A stretch of DNA of 64,000 nt. It comes from Arenicellales bacterium (lineage in GTDB: Bacteria > Pseudomonadota > Gammaproteobacteria > Arenicellales > JAJDZL01). The DNA lies in assembly GCA_965200425.1 (NCBI GenBank), contig CBDAUA010000001.1, positions 194,215 through 258,214 on the forward strand, given 5' to 3'. This document shows, piece after piece, positions 9,701-17,549 of the stretch. Under the pieces are notes generated by a model that saw nothing but the letters and a program-made list of their open reading frames with translations, made no database searches and was not told where the DNA came from. Positions within the stretch are counted from its first letter, which is position 1. Every line of letters begins with the position of its first letter. The position numbers and the translations under genes were made by a program.

Positions 9701-10552
9701 TTATTTCACATCGCGTTGTTTACAAACGCGATCCAATATTATCGCTACAACAACGATTGCCAAGCCGGCTTCAAAACCTTTCGCGATATTTACAGTATTC
9801 AAGGCCCTTAAAACCGGAATTCCCAAACCGGGCGCACCGACCATGGATGCAATTACGACCATCGATAAAGACAGCATGATCGACTGTGTAACACCTGCCA
9901 TAATGGTAGGCAAAGCGTGGGGGAGTTCGATTTTCCACAACAGCTGTCTTTTGGTAGCCCCAAACGATTCCCCGGCTTCGATCAATATTTTTGGGACACT
10001 TGTGACTCCCAAGTAAGTCAATCGAATGGGAGCTGGAATTGCAAAAATGACTGTCGAGATAAGCCCCGGAACAAGCCCAAGCCCGAACATAATCATCGTT
10101 GGAATCAAATATACAAATGCAGGAACAGTTTGCATCAAGTCAAGAATTGGCCGCAAAAATATATAAAGACGTTCACGATGCGCCGCGGCAATTCCGATTG
10201 GAATACCTATGATCACGCACGTCAATGCCGACGAGATCATTAGCCCCAAGGTTTGAACTGTTTCTTCCCAGTATCCTAAGTTGATCACGAGCAACAGACT
10301 GACGACAATCAGCAAGACTAATTTCCAGGATCTATGTAGAAACCAGCCGATTAAGGCGAACATAGCCAGTAGGATCAGAGGCGGTACCCACAACATTACA
10401 TTGATCAGGCCGCTAACCAAAAATTCTACGACTTCAGCGAACAGATCGAAAACGAAGAACAGATGGTCTTGTAGGACGTCGACGAACGACTTTATCCACT
10501 TACCTAATGGTATTTTGTATTCAGTAATTGATTCGTAGAGAGGACTAGACAA
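9701..10552 (-). CDS. proW: Glycine betaine/proline betaine-type ABC transporter permease
   Basis: 283 aa, multi-TM. ProW/OpuAB-like segments (QTLGLMISSALTCVIIGIPIGI, PAFVYLIP). Lies between the proV-like and proX-like genes. Confidence 0.85.
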   Translation of the reverse strand: MSSPLYESITEYKIPLGKWIKSFVDVLQDHLFFVFDLFAEVVEFLVSGLINVMLWVPPLILLAMFALIGWFLHRSWKLVLLIVVSLLLVINLGYWEETVQTLGLMISSALTCVIIGIPIGIAAAHRERLYIFLRPILDLMQTVPAFVYLIPTMIMFGLGLVPGLISTVIFAIPAPIRLTYLGVTSVPKILIEAGESFGATKRQLLWKIELPHALPTIMAGVTQSIMLSLSMVVIASMVGAPGLGIPVLRALNTVNIAKGFEAGLAIVVVAIILDRVCKQRDVK

Positions 10553-10665
10553 GAACAGATCTACTTAATTTGTATGATGTGCTTAAAGAGAGAAAGCACC
10601 GAAGACACGAATCCAATTTAAGCTTTGGCTGCTTCGTGGAACAACATTAAACATTGATTTGAATT

Positions 10666-10706
10666 CAAATAAAACTAGGTACCCAATCACTGTTGCGGTA
10701 CCTAGT
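10666..10706 (-). terminator. Rho-independent terminator/attenuator after the binding-protein gene
   Basis: Perfect 10-bp stem ACTAGGTACC / GGTACCTAGT with a 13-nt loop. On the minus strand it is followed by TTTATTTG. It lies 35 nt downstream of the proX-like stop. Confidence 0.6.
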
Positions 10707-10740
10707 CCACAAAAAGTTGCTTGAGATTTTCTCCTAAGAC

Positions 10741-11685
10741 TTACATTAGGGAGTCGGATAGTGCTGCCATTGCATCGCCACCATCAAATGTCGTTACGCC
10801 TTCTACCCAGGCTTTCGGCACATCGGGATTGGCTTTCAACCAAGAAGTCGCTGCGTCATTTGGCTCTTCACCGCCATCGAGTATGGCACCCATAATTTCA
10901 TTTTCCATCGCTAAGGTGAATTGCAGATTTTCTAGTAATGCGCCTACATTCGAACATTCTGCACTGTAGCCGGCGCGTGTATTCGTGAACACTTCAGCAC
11001 CACCAAAATTTGGCCCAAAATAATCATCTCCGCCACTTAGATAAGTCAGTTTGAAGTTAGCGTTCATCGGGTGTGGTTCCCAACCGAGAAAGACAACGGC
11101 TTCATTACGACGATCGGCTCGCGCGACTTGGGCTAGCATCCCTTGCTCACTGGACTCGACGACTTCAAATCCGCCTAGATTAAAGGCATTGGCGTCAATC
11201 ATGGTTTGGATCAAGCGATTGCCATCATTTCCAGGCTCGATTCCATAGATTTTTCCTTCGACTGCATCTTTTATCTTGTGAATGTCTGCAAAATCCGAAA
11301 CCCCCATATCAGCCGCTACTTGATTGACAGCGAGGGTATATTTCGCACCAGCTAAATTCATCGCAACTGTTTCGACAGAGCCTTCTTCACGATAGGGCGC
11401 GATATCGGCTTCCATCGTTGGCATCCAGTTGCCAAGAAACACATCGATGTCGCCGTTTTTTAGACTGACATAAGTTACCGGAACGGATAGGTTAATCACT
11501 TCAGGCTCATATCCGAGTGCTTTTAGCACAACAGAAGTCGCAGCTGTAGTTGTTGTGATATCAGTCCAACCGACGTCAGAAAAACGTACTTTCTTACAAC
11601 TTTCCGGTTCCCCAGACCAAGCTGCTGTGCTCAATACGAATAGTGAGGCAACAGTGATGACTATTGAATTTGCTAATTTCTTCAT
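10741..11685 (-). CDS. proX: Glycine betaine-type ABC transporter periplasmic substrate-binding protein
   Basis: ATG at 11685 preferred (GAGGGA RBS; signal peptide MKKLANSIVITVASLFVLSTAAWS). Body has the FSDVGWTDITTTTA and LGNWMP segments typical of ProX/OpuAC-type proteins. Confidence 0.8.
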   Translation of the reverse strand: MKKLANSIVITVASLFVLSTAAWSGEPESCKKVRFSDVGWTDITTTTAATSVVLKALGYEPEVINLSVPVTYVSLKNGDIDVFLGNWMPTMEADIAPYREEGSVETVAMNLAGAKYTLAVNQVAADMGVSDFADIHKIKDAVEGKIYGIEPGNDGNRLIQTMIDANAFNLGGFEVVESSEQGMLAQVARADRRNEAVVFLGWEPHPMNANFKLTYLSGGDDYFGPNFGGAEVFTNTRAGYSAECSNVGALLENLQFTLAMENEIMGAILDGGEEPNDAATSWLKANPDVPKAWVEGVTTFDGGDAMAALSDSLM

Positions 11686-11934
11686 AATTCCCTCGTATCG
11701 TGTCGACTCTGAGAAAGTCACACGTTAAGTGATTAAATAGTGCCATTATGCGAAAAGGAAATTTTAACACGAAAAATTCGCTCAAAAAACGTAAAGGAAA
11801 TCTAGTTCCCGTTATGGCAAAAACCACTGAAATTTAGTAGGGCGAATTGGTAATTTGTTAAAATTAATTGCACCACAATAAGTTTGCGTACTTTAACCTG
11901 TAACGCAACAGCGAAAAGAGGAGAACCAGCAATA

Positions 11935-12402
11935 ATGTACAAATCATTACTGATCGATCCGGTAAAGTGCACAAGTTGTTTGCAGTGCGAATTGGCTTGT
12001 TCATTCGAAAATGAAGGAGTCTTCAATCCAGCAAAATCCAGGATCAAAATTTTCGAATTTGAACACGGACTGCGTAGTATCCCCTACACCTGCACTCAAT
12101 GTGAAGAAGCTTGGTGTCTACACGCATGTCCAGTAGAAGCAATCACCATCAACGACCAAACCGGAGCCAAAGAAGTCAATCCTTCCGTTTGTGTCGGCTG
12201 TAAGGTATGCACCATCGCCTGTCCGTTCGGAACTATCAATTACAACGTCGATTCAGGCAAAGTCGTGAAGTGTGATTTGTGTGGAGGAGACCCCCAATGT
12301 GCGGAAGCTTGCCCCACCGGTGCGATTGTCTACGTAGATTCCAATTGGACTGGATATGCACGAATGCAAGAATCTGCCATTACAACCCACGGTCTCAGTT
12401 AA
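11935..12402 (+). CDS. 4Fe-4S polyferredoxin, CooF/DmsB-like (four Cys clusters)
   Basis: ATG at 11935 preceded by AGAGGAG. Cys clusters CTSCLQCELAC, CTQCEEAWCLHACP, CVGCKVCTIACP and CDLCGGDPQCAEACP. Confidence 0.85.
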   Translation: MYKSLLIDPVKCTSCLQCELACSFENEGVFNPAKSRIKIFEFEHGLRSIPYTCTQCEEAWCLHACPVEAITINDQTGAKEVNPSVCVGCKVCTIACPFGTINYNVDSGKVVKCDLCGGDPQCAEACPTGAIVYVDSNWTGYARMQESAITTHGLS

Positions 12403-12423
12403 ACAACACAATTAGGTAAAACA

Positions 12424-13668
12424 GTGCACCATTTGATTGTCGGAGCCGGTCCCGCCGGGGTGATCGCAGCAGAAAATCTTCGGAGAATTTCAAATTCCGA
12501 TTCGATAACGATTATTGGAAACGAAGTCTATCCACCTTATTCGAGGATGGCCTTGCCCTATTTTTTGGCAGGCAATGTTGGCGAAAAAGGAACCTATCTA
12601 CGACTGAGTGAAAGCCATTTTAACGAGCTAGAAATTGATGTTCGCAATGATGAGGTTTGCGGAGTCAAACCCGACAATCAATCCGTGATGCTGGAGAGTG
12701 GTGGTTCATTGAATTACGACCGCCTACTAGTCGCTACAGGTTCTAGTGCAATACGACCACCAATTCCTGGTATGGACAATCCTCGCGTTCACAATTGTTG
12801 GACACTTGACGATGCCCACCGATTTATGAGAGAAGTGAAATCGGGAGATCGAGTTGTACTGTTAGGCGCTGGATTTATTGGCTGCATCATCTTGCAAGCT
12901 CTTGTCAGCATGGAACTTCAATTGACGGTCACCGAGCTAGCGGACAGGATGTTGGCCCGAATGATGGATGATGCTGGTGGCGCAATAATCAAAAAGTGGT
13001 GTGAAAACAAAGGTGTTGCGGTAAAAACTGGTGCGAAAGTGGTTGGAGTTTCTGAGCGAGGAGATCATTTGGAGCTTTCATTGGGTGATGGAAGCACAAT
13101 TGCTGCGGACTATATCGTATGCGCGGCAGGTGTTCAGCCCAACATCGAATTTCTTCAAGGAAGTGGTGTAGAAGTCAATTTCGGTGTAGTAGTCGATCAT
13201 TGTTTGAAAACCAACGTTGACCACATTTATGCAGCAGGTGATGTAGCAGAGGGTCCTGATCGTAGTACCGGTGAAAGACAGGTACACGCGATTCAAACGA
13301 CAGCTAGCGAACATGGTCGACTTGCGGCCTGTCAAATGTCCGGAGATACCACGCCTTACGGTGGTAGCTTGGTTATGAATGTACTGAACACACTGGGCTT
13401 GATAACAAGTTCCTTCGGCTTATGGCAAGGAACAGGTGACGGAAGCAGATCAACGATGGAAGCCCCAGAACACAATCGTTATCTTCGTTTGGAATTTCAA
13501 GATGATGTATTGGTTGGAGCTTTGGCTATCGGATTGACGCAACACGTTGGTGTATTACGAGGTTTGGTTCAAACCAAGATTAGACTTGGCAAATGGAAAA
13601 AACGACTGATGGATGACCCGTCTTTGGTCATGCATGCCTATTTGGATTGCATGCAAGGAACGCGATAG
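12424..13668 (+). CDS. FAD-dependent pyridine nucleotide-disulfide oxidoreductase family protein (NAD(P)H-binding)
   Basis: 414 aa with a GTG start. Two Rossmann motifs: LIVGAGPAGVIAA (FAD) and VVLLGAGFIGCII (NAD(P)H). AAGDVA near the FAD re-entry segment. Confidence 0.8.
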   Translation: MHHLIVGAGPAGVIAAENLRRISNSDSITIIGNEVYPPYSRMALPYFLAGNVGEKGTYLRLSESHFNELEIDVRNDEVCGVKPDNQSVMLESGGSLNYDRLLVATGSSAIRPPIPGMDNPRVHNCWTLDDAHRFMREVKSGDRVVLLGAGFIGCIILQALVSMELQLTVTELADRMLARMMDDAGGAIIKKWCENKGVAVKTGAKVVGVSERGDHLELSLGDGSTIAADYIVCAAGVQPNIEFLQGSGVEVNFGVVVDHCLKTNVDHIYAAGDVAEGPDRSTGERQVHAIQTTASEHGRLAACQMSGDTTPYGGSLVMNVLNTLGLITSSFGLWQGTGDGSRSTMEAPEHNRYLRLEFQDDVLVGALAIGLTQHVGVLRGLVQTKIRLGKWKKRLMDDPSLVMHAYLDCMQGTR

Positions 13669-13766
13669 CTGAATTTTCGAATTTCATCGTATTGATTTAC
13701 TCTTGTTGGTGCGCGCTACCCAATCATATTGGCTGTAACAGACGGACTAAATTTGCCATAGTAAAG

Positions 13767-14351
13767 TCAGTACCGCCGCTTTTTTGCAGGAATGAAGTCG
13801 AAGACTACTTCCTCGACAGTCCACTTTTCAGCGCAAATTTCGATTACACAACACGAAGGCCCACCACGAGTTCGAATTCTTCCAGCAGCACCTGGATTGA
13901 TCATCCACGGCGTAGTGCTACTATCGATAACTCGGACATGAGTGTGACCATAGATCACCGCTCGACAATCCGAGTGTTTCATTCTAAGAGATTCATGATA
14001 ACGACGAGCGTCTCGTACCTTATGCCCATGCTCGACTGCAATCTTGCCACTAGGTAATACAATTTCGTAGCTGCCTGGCAGAGATTCCAAAATATCTAAA
14101 TCGGCATTCGGCCACTTCGAGGCCACATCATTGTTACCGGCCACTGCAAAGATGAATCCATCCATTGGTTCTAGAGACCGGATCACTGAAGCAGTACCGA
14201 TATCACCCGCGTGAATCACCGCATTGCAACTCGAGGCCACTTCAACTATTCTCGGATCGACAAAACCGTGCGTATCTGAGATTGCGGCGATGCGTATTTC
14301 ACTCACTCTCCAATTCGACAAATCAGCTGTTTTGTGTGGATGACTGATCAA
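13767..14351 (-). CDS. Metallophosphoesterase, YfcE/MJ0936-like
   Basis: 194 aa. Calcineurin-like motif set: ISDTHG, HAGDIG, AGNND, EHGH, GHTH. Confidence 0.8.
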   Translation of the reverse strand: MISHPHKTADLSNWRVSEIRIAAISDTHGFVDPRIVEVASSCNAVIHAGDIGTASVIRSLEPMDGFIFAVAGNNDVASKWPNADLDILESLPGSYEIVLPSGKIAVEHGHKVRDARRYHESLRMKHSDCRAVIYGHTHVRVIDSSTTPWMINPGAAGRIRTRGGPSCCVIEICAEKWTVEEVVFDFIPAKKRRY

Positions 14352-15211
14352 CTCGACTCCTTTTGTGCCTTAATTCTTTCGCTGATCCTTCGCAGTCGTT
14401 TTTCCCGGGCATCTGGTTTCATCGCAATGGTCATTACTCCGTACAAGACTTGTTTCAAAAACCGCATCGCAAATTGAAACAGTTCGTCTTCGACCTGAAG
14501 CAACTTGGTCATCTCATCTTCAGATAAATCGTAGACTTCCTTGAACCCAGTCGATTGGATGAATTCTCGAAATTGGTCGACATCATAACTGCACATATCA
14601 AACAATTGTTTGCTGCGATCACTTGGGCGGCCGACAGTCGGGCCACTTGACCGCTTTTTTAAAATAATATCTCGCCATTCTTCATTCATTTCATCGTAGC
14701 GGTCGACTCCTTGTTCCTGGCGATATTCACTGACAGTCAGCCGATGAGGCTCTTCATGTCCTCTGCAGTGATCCTCTTTGACTACGAAATAGATATTTTC
14801 AACGTTTGGATCGTCTTTTTTGCGAACTCCCATACTACCGAGAGCGTAGTACCGACAAGCCGCTGGACGATCTTCATAAACGGTACAGCCTTCTTCACTT
14901 AAGAAAATGCATTCCGTGGTACCAGGCTTTACGTTCATCTTCAAGCCGGGTAAATCATGGTAATCCATCGGATACGGGGTCGTATATTGGCCTACAAACT
15001 CGCTAGATTTCAAACCAAAACGACGCTTCAAACGAAGGATGTCATAAGGAGTCAACGGTAAATCAATATTTCTACAACAGACATTGAAACAGCTGATTTG
15101 CGTGTGGCAACGAAACTGAACAACGTCGTCTAAGCTCAGTTCAACTGGGTCAATCGGGCTAATGTAGGGAGCTCTACTATGCTTGGATTCAGGCATACAA
15201 ACGATTTTCAA
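14348..15211 (-). CDS. YkgJ family (UPF0153, CxxCxxCC-type) cysteine-cluster protein
   Basis: 287 aa. N-terminal FRCHTQISCFNVCCRN and later CIFLSEEGCTVYEDRPAACRYY, the two-part Cys signature of this family. Its stop overlaps the metallophosphoesterase start by 4 nt. Confidence 0.7.
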   Translation of the reverse strand: MKIVCMPESKHSRAPYISPIDPVELSLDDVVQFRCHTQISCFNVCCRNIDLPLTPYDILRLKRRFGLKSSEFVGQYTTPYPMDYHDLPGLKMNVKPGTTECIFLSEEGCTVYEDRPAACRYYALGSMGVRKKDDPNVENIYFVVKEDHCRGHEEPHRLTVSEYRQEQGVDRYDEMNEEWRDIILKKRSSGPTVGRPSDRSKQLFDMCSYDVDQFREFIQSTGFKEVYDLSEDEMTKLLQVEDELFQFAMRFLKQVLYGVMTIAMKPDAREKRLRRISERIKAQKESS

Positions 15212-16053
15212 TAATTTTGCATTAAGATTAAGTATCAGCGATTAAATACGAACTCGTGGGTCACGTTAATTTATTCACAGTCACTGTGTGAGCGGGAAAG
15301 ATTGAATCAATTGACGAATTCGTTCAACCAACACGGTAATCACGATATTCATATCGGTTTCTTCGGCTCTCATCAAGCTTGTAACCGATTGTACTGTTGC
15401 AAACGCTCATCACAGCTCGTTAATTTCACAACGTGGTACGCGCGACCAGCAACGATACATTGATTATATGTATGGATACACAAAATGTAACCCGCTTCTT
15501 CACGAACTTAGGACCTGTAACCCCAAATCCGAAAATTTTCCTCTCTTCAACTCAATTTTTACATCCCGTTTCACTTGGACACACTGAGCGGATTCTGTAT
15601 TAGTCCTCCAATGCTCTTCCTCGGAAAGAATTTAGCTAACAAAAGATTCGTTTAGTCAATAAATTTGTTGACTTTTTGCAAAAATGAAGAGCCTCGGTGC
15701 TTGAATCGCAATTGCCATCGTACTTTGAATCAACAAAATAAAAACTAAATCGGATGATCATCGCCGATCGTCCAAATTCCTACGACTAGGTACTGTACTA
15801 GAACCGAGCTCGTACGCGAGGAGCAGTCATTCCTAAAATTCTCGTCGCTTGCTAGCGCGTCTTTGTCTGATTTTTTATGATGTAAATTGACCCTTTTTGA
15901 GCGTTGTTTTCGAGAAAAAAAACCGAATGAGTGATAAAACTAAATACATACCTTGTAGTTTGATTGATATTCTCGCGCTAACACACTAGAGAGCACCAAA
16001 TCGGGTGCATTTTCTTAAACTTGACAGTCAATAAGTTAATCTGACCTTAAGTC

Positions 16054-16830
16054 ATGCTAGCCATCCTCGAAACTCACAATATTTCAAAGTCATTCGGTTC
16101 AATCCGAGCTGTCAACAACGCGAATATAAAGATAGAAGCTGGAAAGATCCACGGCCTAATCGGACCAAATGGTGCTGGCAAAACGACTTTGTTCAATATT
16201 GTCGCGGGAGTCTATCAACCGGACTCGGGTGTCGTCGAACTAGCGGGAAATAACGTCACGGGCTTCCCTGCTCACAAAATGTTTGAGAATGGATTGCTTC
16301 GTACGTTTCAAATTCCACATGAATATTCCAACATGACTGCCATTGAGAATCTAATGATGGTCCCTTCTCGACAAATTGGAGAGGAATTAGCCTACGCTTT
16401 GTTTCGACCTGGTAGATTTCAATCTCAAGAAAAAGAGATCTTGTCCAAGGCTTCGCAAATTATCGAATTTCTAGGTATGAAAAGAATTCAAAACGAACTC
16501 GCTGGTAACTTATCCGGAGGACAAAAGAAACTATTGGAACTCGGAAGAACCTTGATGGTTGACTCTAAAATCGTACTCTTGGATGAACTAGGAGCGGGCG
16601 TCAATCCAACATTATTAAACACCTTGGCAGACAACATAAAAAACTTGAATCGACAATTCGGGCAGACCTACTTCATTATCGAACATAACATGGAGTTTAT
16701 TTCTAGGCTTTGTGACAAAGTCACAGTGATGATTGAAGGTGAAGTTGCAATTGAAGGTAGACCGCAGGAAGTACTTACAAATCCAATGGTTTTAGCTGCT
16801 TACTTTGGCGGTGGTAAACGAATGATTTAA
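16054..16830 (+). CDS. livG: Branched-chain amino acid-type ABC transporter ATP-binding protein
   Basis: 258 aa. Walker A GPNGAGKTT, signature LSGGQKKLLE, Walker B VLLDEL. First of a G-F-H-M gene set. Confidence 0.85.
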   Translation: MLAILETHNISKSFGSIRAVNNANIKIEAGKIHGLIGPNGAGKTTLFNIVAGVYQPDSGVVELAGNNVTGFPAHKMFENGLLRTFQIPHEYSNMTAIENLMMVPSRQIGEELAYALFRPGRFQSQEKEILSKASQIIEFLGMKRIQNELAGNLSGGQKKLLELGRTLMVDSKIVLLDELGAGVNPTLLNTLADNIKNLNRQFGQTYFIIEHNMEFISRLCDKVTVMIEGEVAIEGRPQEVLTNPMVLAAYFGGGKRMI

Positions 16831-16842
16831 GAACTATTCAAT

Positions 16843-17544
16843 ATGTTGATTCGTGCTAACAACATGATTGCCGGATACGGTGGTGACCCTGTACTAAATG
16901 GAATCGATATAGAAATTGATGCTGGAAAAATCGGCGTCATCGTCGGGCCCAATGGCGCAGGTAAATCGACAGCACTAAAGGGCATTTTCGGACTGATTCG
17001 GCTCCAAATAGGAAGAGTCGAGTTTGATGGTGAAGATATTACGGATGTTGCTGCGGATAAGCGAGTTAGCTTGGGCATCGCTTATGTTCCTCAAGAACAC
17101 AATATTTTCCCTTCCCTCACGGTTCAGGAAAATTTAGAAATGGGAGCTTTCATTCGCCGCGACGATTTCTCTGACGTTGTCGATCGAATTTTCCAACTTT
17201 TTCCGCCACTGAAACAGAAACGAAATGATGTTGCAGGAAAATTGTCCGGTGGACAACGTCAGATGGTTGCAATCGGCCGAGCACTAATGATTGAGCCTCG
17301 ACTTTTGTTGCTAGATGAACCAACCGTAGGACTTTCACCAGCATTTGTTCAAGACATAATCGGCCAAGTTATCGCGGTTGCAGAATCTGGAGTGGGTGTG
17401 CTGGTAGTAGAGCAAAATGCAAAGCGAGCATTGGAAATTGCTGACACAGGGTTTGTACTTTCCAGTGGGCGCAACTTGTATACCGATTCAGGTAAAAACT
17501 TGTTGAACGACCCTGAAGTCGCGAGAAGTTTTTTGGGCGCATAA
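16843..17544 (+). CDS. livF: Branched-chain amino acid-type ABC transporter ATP-binding protein
   Basis: 233 aa. GPNGAGKST, LSGGQRQMVAIGRAL, LLLLDEP. Confidence 0.85.
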   Translation: MLIRANNMIAGYGGDPVLNGIDIEIDAGKIGVIVGPNGAGKSTALKGIFGLIRLQIGRVEFDGEDITDVAADKRVSLGIAYVPQEHNIFPSLTVQENLEMGAFIRRDDFSDVVDRIFQLFPPLKQKRNDVAGKLSGGQRQMVAIGRALMIEPRLLLLDEPTVGLSPAFVQDIIGQVIAVAESGVGVLVVEQNAKRALEIADTGFVLSSGRNLYTDSGKNLLNDPEVARSFLGA

Positions 17545-17549
17545 ATTCT

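Noticed and set aside
13647-14057. 136-aa plus-strand ORF spanning the end of the flavoprotein gene and the metallophosphoesterase gene
   Set aside because: The opposite-strand gene carries the complete calcineurin-like motif set, while this ORF has none.
13767-14351. Idea that the metallophosphoesterase is the missing PhnZ/TmpB-type C-P cleaving enzyme
   Set aside because: PhnZ and TmpB are HD-domain mixed-valent di-iron oxygenases. This protein has the unrelated calcineurin-like DxH/GD/GNH(D)/GHxH motif set, so the assignment is unsupported.
15753-15762. Perfect 10-bp palindrome GATGATCATC in the ORF-free gap, as a candidate operator
   Set aside because: It is a single short palindrome with no repeat copy, no adjacent promoter elements and no candidate regulator. 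That is insufficient to call a binding site.
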